From assembly GCA_965198065.1 (NCBI GenBank), contig CBDAON010000004.1:928001-992000 (forward strand): a DNA stretch of 64,000 bases, written 5' to 3'. This DNA is from Longimicrobiales bacterium. GTDB lineage: Bacteria; Gemmatimonadota; Gemmatimonadetes; Longimicrobiales; Gaopeijiaceae. Shown one piece after another: positions 38,074-47,150 of this stretch. How positions within the stretch are numbered: position 1 is the first letter of the stretch; the number at the start of each line of letters is the position of its first letter. The translations under genes and the position numbers were made by a program. The notes beneath the pieces were generated by a model that was not told where the DNA came from, ran no database searches, and worked only from the letters and a program-made list of their open reading frames with translations.

Positions 38074-39036
38074 GTGAGCAGGCTGTCGCCACATGTAGGG
38101 GTCGAGGTCCTCCAGAGCTGGCTGGAAGGGGAGCTCGACGCCGTCCGTAGCGCCGAAGTCGAGGCGCACCTCCAGGCGTGTGCGCGCTGTGCCTCCGAGA
38201 TCGAGGGCTGGCGTCTCCTCTTCGAGGAGCTGCAGGAGCTCCCGAAGCTCGCCCCGTCCGCCCACTTCCAAGGACCGGTGCTGGATCGGCTCTCCCGCTC
38301 AGCACCCCGACCCGAGCCGCTCCCGGCGAGGCTCGGGAGGTGGCTCGTCGGGTGGATTCGGCTTCCGGGCTACCGGGCGGGCCACGGTCATCTCGCTCCG
38401 GCGCGAATCCAGGCGCTCCTGGACGGGCCCCTTCCGCAGCGGATCCACGCCCGTGTGGAGGCCCACCTGGCTCTCTGTCTCCGGTGCGCGAAGGAGGTCG
38501 CGGCCTGGCGCGCGATGCTCGACGACCTGAACGCGCTTCCGGCCGTCCGGCCCACGGCAGGCTTCCGGGACCGGGTGATCCAGGGCCTCCGCGAGCGGAC
38601 CGCCGTCGTTCTGGTGTCCACCCCCACGCTTTCCGATCGCGTATGGGCCGGGGTCCTCGGGATCGTGCCGGCGACGCGGCAAGCCAGGGCGTTCGCGGCG
38701 GGGCTCGTCCTGGCGCCCGCGCTCGGGGTCCTGGTGCTTTTCGCGGCCGTCGTAGCTAACCCGCTGCTCACCCCCGTCGACCTCGCCGCATACCTGTCCT
38801 GGCTGGCGTCGGACGCTCTGCGCGCGGGGTTCGACTGGGTGGTCGCCGAGGCCGCGGGAAGCCCGATCCTCCTCCAGGTCGTGGCCCTCACTCAGCTGGT
38901 TGTCTCGTCCCCCGTGTCCGCCCTCTCGTTAGTGGGAGCCGTATGGCTCACGACGATGGCCGCCGCATGGGTCCTCTATCGAAACATCGTCGCACCCTCC
39001 GTCGAGGCGATTCGTCATGTTCGGGCATCTTCGTAA
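38074..39036 (+). CDS. Membrane-bound anti-sigma factor with two tandem zf-HC2 (ZAS) domains
   Basis: H..L..LEGEL..HLQACARC and H....LLDGPL..HLALCLRC, 99 aa apart, followed by hydrophobic TM segments. Confidence 0.85.
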   Translation: MSRLSPHVGVEVLQSWLEGELDAVRSAEVEAHLQACARCASEIEGWRLLFEELQELPKLAPSAHFQGPVLDRLSRSAPRPEPLPARLGRWLVGWIRLPGYRAGHGHLAPARIQALLDGPLPQRIHARVEAHLALCLRCAKEVAAWRAMLDDLNALPAVRPTAGFRDRVIQGLRERTAVVLVSTPTLSDRVWAGVLGIVPATRQARAFAAGLVLAPALGVLVLFAAVVANPLLTPVDLAAYLSWLASDALRAGFDWVVAEAAGSPILLQVVALTQLVVSSPVSALSLVGAVWLTTMAAAWVLYRNIVAPSVEAIRHVRASS

Positions 39037-40549
39037 CGGCATCGTCCCGGTACTGATCCTCGCGGCGTTCGCCGCGGGAGCTCCGCCCGGGGCCGACGCG
39101 CAGGAGCCCCGGGTGGTCTCCAGCCAGATCACGGTCTCGGGAACCGAGGCAACCCTCGAGATGGAGCTCTCGGGTGGAGGCGATCTGACGGTCGCGCTCC
39201 AGAACGGACGCCTCCTCCTGAACGGGGAGGAGGCGGGGCGGCTCCAGGCTGGAGGTCCGCTTGAGGCCGCCTGGAGGGAGCTCCTCGGTCGAGCCATCGC
39301 GACTGAACCCGCGGCCCTCGACGAGCTCTTGCTCGGCTGGGAGCCCCCGGCCGCCATGCCTGCCGACGCGAGCGCGGCGGCCGCCGCGCTCTCCGATCGG
39401 TTCGACACCGTGCTCGGCCCGGGATCGCCCCAGGTCCCGGCCAACGTCTTGACCGGGGCGGGGACCGCGAGCGATCTGGGAGCGCTGGTGTGGACCGGAC
39501 CGCGCCTCCGCCTGCTCGCTCAGGCCGTGGAGGAGCTGGGGATGGACGGCCCGCTCGAGACGCACGTGCGCGAGACTGTTCGGGTTCCCGCCGGAGAGAC
39601 CCTCGAGAGCTCGCTCGTCTCCGTGGACGGTCAGCTCTTGGTGGACGGAACGATCGATGGGGACGTCGTGCTCCTCGGAGGGAGCCTCGAGCTCGGCCCG
39701 GAGGCGCGGGTGACGGGCTCCGTCCGCTGGGCCGACGCCCGGGTCGTGGGAAGCACGTCCGGGGTGACGGGAGGCGTCGAGCGAATCGCGGTCACGGAGT
39801 CCGTCTCCACCAGCAGCAACCTCGCCGACAGATCCCCGATCGTGGACATCCGGGACGAGATCCGCCGCGAGGTGGAGGCAGCCCGCGAGGCCGAGGGGTC
39901 CCGCGGGGGCCTGCTCTCGCCGCTGCGCAACATCGGCCAGGGCATCGCCGGGCTGTTCCAGACCTTCGTCACTTTCGGGATCCTCTTCGCCCTGGGACTC
40001 GGGGTCCTGTACTTCTTCCCCCGCCAAATCGAGGTCGTGGCCCGCACGGCCCGCACGGTGACGGGGCGGGCAGCGCTGGTGGGAGCGGCGGGGCTCGTTC
40101 TCGCGTGCCCGGTGTGGGTGGTCGGGACGGCCCTCCTGGCCGTGTCGATCGTCGGAATCCCCGCCCTTCTGATCTGGGTCCCTGGGGTCCCGCTCGCGGT
40201 CGCCATATCCATGCCGCTCGGCTACCTGGCCGTGGCGCGGAGCCTGGGCCAGTGGCTCTCGGGGCGTGGGATCGGAGCGCTCGGCCGGCTCGACCAGACC
40301 CGACCCGCCGTCCACGTGGGCGTGGGTATCACGATGCTCCTCGCCGCCTTCGCTCTGGCCCATGTGTTCGAGATGGCCGGTGGGTGGCTCCGGCCCTTCG
40401 AGGTCATGTTCCAGATCATCGGCATGGGCTTCACCGCCCTCGCGATCTGTATCGGCGTGGGCGCCATCGTTCTCTCCCGGGCCGGGCGTGACCCGGCCTA
40501 TGCCGGGCCGGGTTGGGGACCGACCGGAGACGAGGGGCTGGAAACGTGA
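39017..40549 (+). CDS. Membrane protein with exported bactofilin/polymer-forming beta-helix-like domain and C-terminal multi-TM region
   Basis: Signal peptide, GQLLVDGTIDGDVVLLGGSLELGPEARVTGSV beta-helix pattern, about five TM helices incl. LLAVSIVGIP. Confidence 0.75.
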   Translation: MFGHLRNGIVPVLILAAFAAGAPPGADAQEPRVVSSQITVSGTEATLEMELSGGGDLTVALQNGRLLLNGEEAGRLQAGGPLEAAWRELLGRAIATEPAALDELLLGWEPPAAMPADASAAAAALSDRFDTVLGPGSPQVPANVLTGAGTASDLGALVWTGPRLRLLAQAVEELGMDGPLETHVRETVRVPAGETLESSLVSVDGQLLVDGTIDGDVVLLGGSLELGPEARVTGSVRWADARVVGSTSGVTGGVERIAVTESVSTSSNLADRSPIVDIRDEIRREVEAAREAEGSRGGLLSPLRNIGQGIAGLFQTFVTFGILFALGLGVLYFFPRQIEVVARTARTVTGRAALVGAAGLVLACPVWVVGTALLAVSIVGIPALLIWVPGVPLAVAISMPLGYLAVARSLGQWLSGRGIGALGRLDQTRPAVHVGVGITMLLAAFALAHVFEMAGGWLRPFEVMFQIIGMGFTALAICIGVGAIVLSRAGRDPAYAGPGWGPTGDEGLET

Positions 40550-41463
40550 TTCGGGGGCCGACGGATCTGGCGCTCCCCGGCCACGGCCGGCGGCCCGGTG
40601 GCGTGTGGGGGCGGGGAGCGGCCACGGCGCTCTTCATCCTCGGAGTCGCCACGCTCGGGACCCCGCCCGTCACCGGTCAGTCGCTCACCACGACGCAGAT
40701 CTCCCGCCAGGTTCAGGGCGAGGAGCGGCTGGACGTCACGGTCCGCTATTCTGCCGGAACCGCGCGCCTCCGGCCCACGGATTCGAGGACCCTCTACTCC
40801 CTCCGGCTCACCTACGACCCCGACCGAGTACGTCCTCTGCACGAGTACGCGGACGGGCGAGCGACGCTGGGGATCGACCGGCGCGGGACGGGAGGGATCG
40901 GCCCCTTCCTCCGGGGCGGCTTCCCGGACGCCGAGATGGATCTGACGCTCTCGACAAGGATCCCGATGGACCTCGCGCTCGAACTGGGTGCGGTCGAGGC
41001 CGAGCTGGACCTGGGCGGGCTCCGCCTCCGGACTCTGAGGCTCGAGACCGGCGCATCGGCGGGCGAACTCCGAGTGTCGGCCCCGAATCCCGAGGCGATG
41101 GAGACGGTGCAGATCCGCGTGGGAGCGGCTTCCTTTCATGCGAGGGAGCTCGGGAACCTGAATGCAGCCGAGGTGGAGGTGGAGGCTGGCGTGGGAGACA
41201 TCGAGCTGGATTTCGCGGGGCTCCGGCGCACCGAGACCGAGGTCCGCGTCCATCTCGGGGTCGGAAGCCTCGAGATCCGGGTGCCCGAAGAGGCGGGCCT
41301 TCGGCTGACGCGGGATTCGTTTCTGACATCCTTCGAGGCACCGGGGCTGGAGGCTCGCGACGGGGCGCTCTACTCCACGAACTGGGAGGCGGCCGAGCGT
41401 CGCATTCGCCTCGACGTGGACGCGTCCTTCGGCACGGTCACCGTGGTCCGCGTGCCCGACTGA
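40546..41463 (+). CDS. Exported toast-rack / LiaF(DUF2154)-DUF4097-like beta-solenoid protein
   Basis: Repeats ELGAVEAELDLGGL, ETGASAGEL, RVGAASF, EAGVGDIELDF, HLGVGSLEIRVP, DASFGTVTV. GTG overlaps the upstream stop. Confidence 0.75.
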   Translation: MIRGPTDLALPGHGRRPGGVWGRGAATALFILGVATLGTPPVTGQSLTTTQISRQVQGEERLDVTVRYSAGTARLRPTDSRTLYSLRLTYDPDRVRPLHEYADGRATLGIDRRGTGGIGPFLRGGFPDAEMDLTLSTRIPMDLALELGAVEAELDLGGLRLRTLRLETGASAGELRVSAPNPEAMETVQIRVGAASFHARELGNLNAAEVEVEAGVGDIELDFAGLRRTETEVRVHLGVGSLEIRVPEEAGLRLTRDSFLTSFEAPGLEARDGALYSTNWEAAERRIRLDVDASFGTVTVVRVPD

Positions 41464-41487
41464 ATCTTTCCCCCCTCCTCGCACGTA
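41462..41487 (+). promoter_or_regulatory. Internal ECF promoter upstream of the small membrane protein
   Basis: (T)GAATC-N17-CGTA. Confidence 0.6.
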
Positions 41488-41560
41488 CTAAAGCTCGGGT
41501 CCACGGACGACAATGACTCGGAGCCGGCCCGCCGGTCTCCGTCACACGGGAGGAGAAGAG

Positions 41561-41800
41561 ATGCTCGGAACGCTGCTCACACTCTTCGCGGTGGGGTTCA
41601 TCGCCCTCCTCGCCATCGGCATCGTTCTGTCCGTCCTGGGCGTCGTGTTCTCGATCGCGGTCGGAATCGGGACCTTCCTCCTCTTCAAGGTGGCCCCCAT
41701 CGTGTTCCTAGGATGGGTGATCCTGAAGCTGGTGAATCGGGGCAGAGGGCGCTCTGGGCTGACCGAAGCGGACCGGGAGTTCCTGGAGAGCGGGGGCTGA
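41561..41800 (+). CDS. Small hydrophobic membrane protein (79 aa)
   Basis: GGAGGAG RBS, about 55 hydrophobic residues then a charged tail LTEADREFLES. Confidence 0.75.
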   Translation: MLGTLLTLFAVGFIALLAIGIVLSVLGVVFSIAVGIGTFLLFKVAPIVFLGWVILKLVNRGRGRSGLTEADREFLESGG

Positions 41801-41860
41801 CCGAGAGAGCACCCCCCGCGACGTTCCGCCGAAGCCGACGGTAGCCGGAGCCGCAACCGA

Positions 41861-42670
41861 TCAGGCGGGGGCCATCTCCGTCTCGGCGGACGGCCCGCCC
41901 GCCCTTCGGAACCGGACCCGCACGGGCGTTCCGATGCGCGCATTCAAGAGCTTCGCCGCGGACGTGTCGCGCGCGGCCACCTCAAGCCGCCCGTCCGAGT
42001 TCACGAGCGCGACGACCTCACTGGGCTTGCCCTCGCCGTACGTCTTCACGACCGGGATCGTCTGCCCCTCAACCTCGACCCCGTCCACCTCCTCGAGCTT
42101 TCCGCCGTGCAGGTTCGTGACGAGGTTTCCGAACCGGTCCATCGCGATCACCTGCCCGACGATCCCACCCTCCTCAACCTGGACCTCCGGCTCTCCCAGG
42201 CGCACGGGATCGCTCACGGGCGGACCCAGGCGGGAAAGGTGGAGCCCCCGCGCGAGGTAGGCCGCCGGCGGCGCGAACACGTCCCTACCATGGAACGTGG
42301 CGCTGGGCTCTGGCAGGACGTATCCCGGGCTCGTGATCTCGACGACGCGCGCGACTGTCGCCTCGTCGAGGACCCGACTGAGCATGCCGTTGTCCGGCGC
42401 GACCAGGAACCTGCGGTCTGCCTCGGCCGCCAGCGGCCGCCGGGCCGTGCCCACGCCCGGGTCCACGACCGCCACGTGCACGGTCCCGGCCGGGTAGAGC
42501 TGCCAGTACCGTCCCAGCGCGAGAGCGGCAGCCTCCACGTCACCCGGGGCGATCCCGTGACTCACGTCCTCCACGACAGCGTCGGGGTAAATGGAGGCAA
42601 TGACTCCCTTCATCGCGCCCACGTAGCCGTCCGGTGTTCCGAAGTCGGTGAGGAGCGTGATCCGGGACAT
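41861..42670 (-). CDS. DUF62 SAM hydroxide adenosyltransferase (SAM hydrolase)
   Basis: ITLLTDFG, YVGAMKGVI, VVDPGVGTARR, PDNG, SATFHGRDVFAP, DRFGNLVTN. Confidence 0.92.
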   Translation of the reverse strand: MSRITLLTDFGTPDGYVGAMKGVIASIYPDAVVEDVSHGIAPGDVEAAALALGRYWQLYPAGTVHVAVVDPGVGTARRPLAAEADRRFLVAPDNGMLSRVLDEATVARVVEITSPGYVLPEPSATFHGRDVFAPPAAYLARGLHLSRLGPPVSDPVRLGEPEVQVEEGGIVGQVIAMDRFGNLVTNLHGGKLEEVDGVEVEGQTIPVVKTYGEGKPSEVVALVNSDGRLEVAARDTSAAKLLNARIGTPVRVRFRRAGGPSAETEMAPA

Positions 42671-42676
42671 GGCTCG

Positions 42677-42916
42677 TCAGCTCTCCGATGGACGTTCCCC
42701 GGAAGCCGGGGGCCGCCAGGCGACGGCGGCCTCGAGCCGTTCGAGGATGGAGGGCGCACCCGGGACGTCCCGGACCTTCCGGTCACCCAGCTCCACCACC
42801 GACACCCCGGCCGCCCGAAGGACCGCGACGCTCTCGGGAAAATCCCTCACGACCGCGTGAAGGGGTAGCTCCGCGAGCCGGTCACGGCTGGGGCGAGGAT
42901 CGATTGGGATCTTCAC
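42677..42916 (-). CDS. Small hypothetical protein (DUF1858/ScdA-N-like start)
   Basis: GTG overlaps the mrp stop. LPLHAVVRDFPESVAVLRAAGV pattern. Confidence 0.55.
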   Translation of the reverse strand: MKIPIDPRPSRDRLAELPLHAVVRDFPESVAVLRAAGVSVVELGDRKVRDVPGAPSILERLEAAVAWRPPASGERPSES

Positions 42917-44055
42917 CCGTCGTCCCCGCCGTCGGGATCCTTGAGCCTCCGGAGGACCTCGCCGGCCGTAGCCACGAGCGCTCGGGCCGCGGCGGACTCT
43001 GGGGACGAGAGGACGGTCGGGCTCCCCGCATCCCCCGCCCTCCGCACTTCCGGATCCAGCGGAACGAGGCCCAGGAGGGGCAGCCCCATCTCGCTCGCGA
43101 GCCGCCGGCCCCCCTCCCTTCCGAACACGTCGATCTCCTCCCCGCAATGCGGACAGAGGAGGGCGCTCATGTTTTCGACGATCCCGAGCACGCGCGTGTT
43201 CACCCGCTGGAACATCTTCACGCCGCGGCGGACGTCCCCCACCGAAACCGCTTGCGGGGTCGTCACCATGATGGCCCCCCCGACGTCGATCGTCTGCACG
43301 AGAGAGAGCTGAGCGTCCCCGGTCCCCGGCGGCATGTCCACAACCATGACGTCGAGCGGGCCCCAGTCCACCTGCTCGAGGAACTGCTTGAGGATCCCCG
43401 AGATCAGCGGCCCCCGCATGATCGCCGGCTGCTCCTCCTCCAGGAGGAAACCCAGGCTCATGAGGCGAACCCCGTGTGCCTCCAGGGGCTCAATCATCTC
43501 TTTCCCCTTCTCGCCCTTCACGCGCGGGCGCCGGGTCTCCCCGAACATCCTGGGAATGTTGGGCCCGTAGATGTCGGCGTCGAGGAGCCCGACCCGGAGC
43601 CCCTCACGCGCGAGCGCGGCCGCGAGGTTCGTCGCAACCATGGACTTTCCCACACCGCCCTTGCCGGAGGACACCGCCACCACGTGCTCGACATCGGACA
43701 GGAGGTCGGGCCTCGGCGTCGGCGCCGGAACCGAGCCGGGCCGGAGCCCTCCCGGAGCGCCCCGCGGTCCCGGGCGGGGTGGCGAGGCCTGGGAAGGAGA
43801 CGGCTGCGTCCGGGGAAGCTGCAGGTTCACCTTCACCGACTCGACCCCGTCCACGCTTTCGGCGGCAGCCCGCACAGTCTTCACCAGGTGTCCGGGATCC
43901 TCGGTCCGAAGGAGGAACGAGAACCGCACCCGCCCCTCGTCCCCAACCTCCAGATCCTCTACCTGACCGCCGCTCACCACATCGGTGCCCGTGTGCGGAT
44001 GCACGATGCCGGTCAGGGCGTGCATTACGGATCGCTTCAGCTCTTCCTTGGACAT
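42913..44055 (-). CDS. mrp: Mrp/ApbC/NBP35 Fe-S cluster carrier ATPase with N-terminal DUF59-like domain
   Basis: SSGKGGVGKS, DADIYGP, DMPPGTGD, VTTPQ, ENMS..CPHC. Confidence 0.95.
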   Translation of the reverse strand: MSKEELKRSVMHALTGIVHPHTGTDVVSGGQVEDLEVGDEGRVRFSFLLRTEDPGHLVKTVRAAAESVDGVESVKVNLQLPRTQPSPSQASPPRPGPRGAPGGLRPGSVPAPTPRPDLLSDVEHVVAVSSGKGGVGKSMVATNLAAALAREGLRVGLLDADIYGPNIPRMFGETRRPRVKGEKGKEMIEPLEAHGVRLMSLGFLLEEEQPAIMRGPLISGILKQFLEQVDWGPLDVMVVDMPPGTGDAQLSLVQTIDVGGAIMVTTPQAVSVGDVRRGVKMFQRVNTRVLGIVENMSALLCPHCGEEIDVFGREGGRRLASEMGLPLLGLVPLDPEVRRAGDAGSPTVLSSPESAAARALVATAGEVLRRLKDPDGGDDG

Positions 44056-44175
44056 GCCCCGACTCCGTGCTGGTGGGGGAGCATCCCTAACATAGCGACG
44101 GCGCCTCCCCGTCCCGGAGAAGCGCCGTAACCAAGGTGCTGCTGGAAGGTGAGGACCCTTTCACTCCCCCTCGCC

Positions 44176-44412
44176 TCAGACTGCCGTGACCTCCGTCACT
44201 TCCGGCACTGTGCTGCGGATGCGCCTCTCGATCCCCTCCTTCAAGGTCAGCATGGAGATCGGGCAGCACTCGCAGGCCCCCATCAGGCGGAGGTGAACGA
44301 CCCCCTCTTGCTGATCGAATCCGAGGAGCTCCACGTCTCCACCGTCCGCGTGCAGCGCCGGCCGGATCTGGTCGAGGACCTCCTGGATCCGCCGTTCCTT
44401 GGAGCTGGGCAT
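44176..44412 (-). CDS. NifU-C/NfuA-like Fe-S carrier
   Basis: IRPALHADGGDVEL..LRLMGACECCPISMLTLKEGIE, AAGGAG RBS. Confidence 0.92.
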   Translation of the reverse strand: MPSSKERRIQEVLDQIRPALHADGGDVELLGFDQQEGVVHLRLMGACECCPISMLTLKEGIERRIRSTVPEVTEVTAV

Positions 44413-44466
44413 CGATCATGACTCCTTGAAGGGCGCCGACGCGCTTGAGGGCCGGTGCGTTCGAAA

Positions 44467-44496
44467 AAGCTAGGGGCGCCCGGCTCGCACCGTCAA
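44467..44496 (-). promoter_or_regulatory. Sigma70-like promoter for nfu
   Basis: TTGACG-N18-TAGCTT. Confidence 0.5.
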
Positions 44497-44629
44497 CCGA
44501 GTAGCGATCTCACAGAGAACCGCGACGCGACTGACACCCCGAGTGTGCCCGGGGGGTTCCCGAGCGCGCATGCGCGGACCCGCCGGCCCCCCGGAGGGTA
44601 CAGAGCGAGCTTAGGGATACGCGCGGAGG

Positions 44630-44659
44630 TTGCGTACGGCTCCTTTTCGGTCGCATAAT
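44630..44659 (+). promoter_or_regulatory. Sigma70-like promoter for the Wzc-like gene
   Basis: TTGCGT-N18-CATAAT. Confidence 0.5.
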
Positions 44660-44726
44660 TCATCTGTTTCGCCCAGGCCCCCCGCGGGCGCAGAGTGGCT
44701 CCCGGAACGCGGAGGAAGCTTCGAGA

Positions 44727-47132
44727 ATGGCGAGCGATCCGAATCTTCAGCCAATTGGAACCGATCCCGGGCGCGTCGACGGGGGCGCGACCCACCTCTC
44801 CGATTACTGGCAGGTCATCGCTCGGCGGACGTGGCTCATCCTCCTCATTTTCGGGGTGACCACCGCGTCCGCCATCTGGGCGGCGTCCAGGCAGCAGATC
44901 TACTTCCAGTCGAGCCTCTCCCTCCAGGTCAACGACCCCCAGGAGCGGATGCGGAACTTGGTGCTCCCGGCCCGCATCTCCTCGATGACCATGTACGTGG
45001 ACCCGATCCAGTCGGAGATGGAGGTGCTCCAGTCGTCCACCATCGCGGCCGAAGTGGTTCAGGCGCTGGGGCTCCGCCTCGAGTCGACCACTCCGGGGGT
45101 CGTCCGCTCTGCCCTCTTCCGTAACGTAACGCTCGATCCGGCCGTACCCGAGGGGGGATACGAGCTGGTCTACAACGCAGAGGGCTCGGAGGCGACGCTT
45201 TTCACCGAGACTGGAGAGCCCCTCGGATCCGCCCGGATCGGGAACGTGCTGGACGCAGGCTCGATCCAGTTTTCCCTGCGGACCCCCCTAGGCGACGAGC
45301 GCACCTTCCCGCTCCGCGTCTTCCGGGTCCAGGACGTCTCGCCGCAGGTCCGGGGGGGAATCTCCGCGCAGCCGCGGCTGAACACGAACATCATCGATGT
45401 CCAGTTCGTGCACGCAGACGCCGAGCTGGCCCCCGCCATCGTGAACCTCGCGGTGGAGGCCCTCCGGGAATACGGCGCCCGCCGCGTGAAGGAGATGGCG
45501 GTCCGGGAGGTGAACTTCATCGAGAGCCGGCTGGACAGTGCCCGGGTCCAGCTCCAGTCCTCGATGGCCTCGATCCGTGCGTTCAAGGAGAGCCAGGCGT
45601 TCACGAGCCTCCCCTTCCGGGAGCAGAGCCTGGTGAACCGGAACCAGGATCTGATTGAGCAGATGGACGACCTCGAGCGCCGCCGGGGCATCTTTTCCGA
45701 GACGCTGCGGAGGCTCTCGAGCGGGGAGCTCATCGAGGGCGACCTGGTGTCGCTCACCGCGGAGCTCGCCGAGCTCCAGAACCCGCAGCTCCAGGACCTG
45801 ATCGGCCGGGATCGCGACGCCAGGGCCCGGCTCCGGATCCTGGTCACGGCGGAAGGGATGACGCTGGACCACCCCGACGCCCGATCGGTCCGGGCCGAGA
45901 TCGCCGAGCTCGAGACGAACCTTCAGGATGCGCTCGTCGCGAACTTGAGTGTCGTCGAGGGCCGCCTCCAGGAGCTTAGCGGCGAGCTGAACGACGTCGT
46001 CGCCGAGCAGCGCCTCTTCCCCGCGCTCGAGAACCAGCTGCAATCCCTTGAGGTGCAGCAGACGACGGACGAGGAGCAGTACCGCTACCTGCTGACGCAG
46101 CTCCAACAGGTGCGGATCACCGAGGCCGCGGCCACTCCGTACGTCGACATCATCGATCCGGCGGTGGGCTCTCGATCGCCATCCAGCCCCGCGGGCGCCT
46201 GAACGTTCTCCTCGGGGCGCTCCTGGGGCTGATCCTGGGGCTCGCGGCCGCATTCTTCCTGGAGTACTTGGATCGGACGGTTCTGACGAGCTCCGACGTG
46301 GAGATGCTCCTCGGGCTCCCGGTACTCGGCGTCGTTCCCAGGCTGCGCAAGATCCAGGAGGAAGGGGAGGAGGAGGGCGTTCCCCGTAGGCGGGTCCCGC
46401 TCGTCGTGGCGCTCGATCCGGTGGACCCGGCGGCCGAGGCGTTCCGGAATCTCCGCATGAACATGATGTTCATGAACACGGAGGACTCGCCGCTCCGCAC
46501 GATCGCCATCTCGAGCTCGGGGCCCGAGGAAGGCAAGTCCACCACGGCTCTGAACTTCTCGATCGTGCTGGCGCAGCAGGGACAGCGGGTGCTACTGATC
46601 GACGCCGACCTGCGCCGGCCGTCGCTCCAACCGCGCGCTCGATCTCCTGAAGGAGCCCGGGCTCACGAGCCTTCTGGTGGGCGAGGTGGACCTGAAGGAG
46701 GCGATCCGGCCGAGCGTCTTGCCAAACCTGGACTTCCTGCCCAGCGGTCCCTTCCCCCCGAATCCCTCCGAGTTGTTGAGCTCGAAGACAATGCAGCGCT
46801 TCCTGAACGACATGGAGGGGAAGTACGGCCACGTGGTGATCGACACGCCGCCGGTGCTCGCGGCCACGGACGCCGCGCTCGTCGCCGCGCACACGGACGG
46901 GCTGCTCCTCGTGCTGCGCTCCGGCTCGACGGAGCAACGCGCCTCCGAGCGCTCGGTGGAGCAGCTCCGCCGGGTGGGCGTGCGGCTGTTGGGCGCCGTA
47001 CTGAACGAGGTCGCGACGACCTCGTCCGACGAATCTTACTACCTCCAGTACTACCACGCGTACCGGCCGAGCGCGGAGCCCCGGGGCTTACAGCGGCTCC
47101 GGAAGGGGATGGCGAAGGTCCGCTTCTGGTAG
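44727..47132 (+). pseudogene. Wzc/GumC-type polysaccharide co-polymerase / BY-kinase interrupted by two indels (real lesion or sequencing error)
   Basis: Wzz-like N-terminus (LSDYWQVIARRTWLIL), coiled coil to IIDPAVG, then a frame change near 46170 to AIQPRGRLNVLLGALLGL..EYLDR, EAFRNLR, Walker A GPEEGKST, LIDADLRRPSL. An extra A near 46629 returns to the first frame: PPNPSELL, VIDTPP, Tyr cluster YYLQYYHAY. Confidence 0.85.
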
Positions 47133-47150
47133 CCCGGCCCCCCGCGTGAC

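Noticed and set aside
41861..42670. Possible fluorinase/chlorinase
   Set aside because: Has the TFHGRD His and DPGVG..RR residues of DUF62 hydroxide adenosyltransferases, and there is no halometabolite cluster nearby.
44176..44412. NifU as evidence of nitrogen fixation
   Set aside because: Only the stand-alone Nfu domain is present, beside mrp, with no nif genes.
46160..46640. Programmed ribosomal frameshifting or phase variation in the Wzc-like gene
   Set aside because: No slippery heptamer or long homopolymer at either site, and two opposite shifts would be needed.
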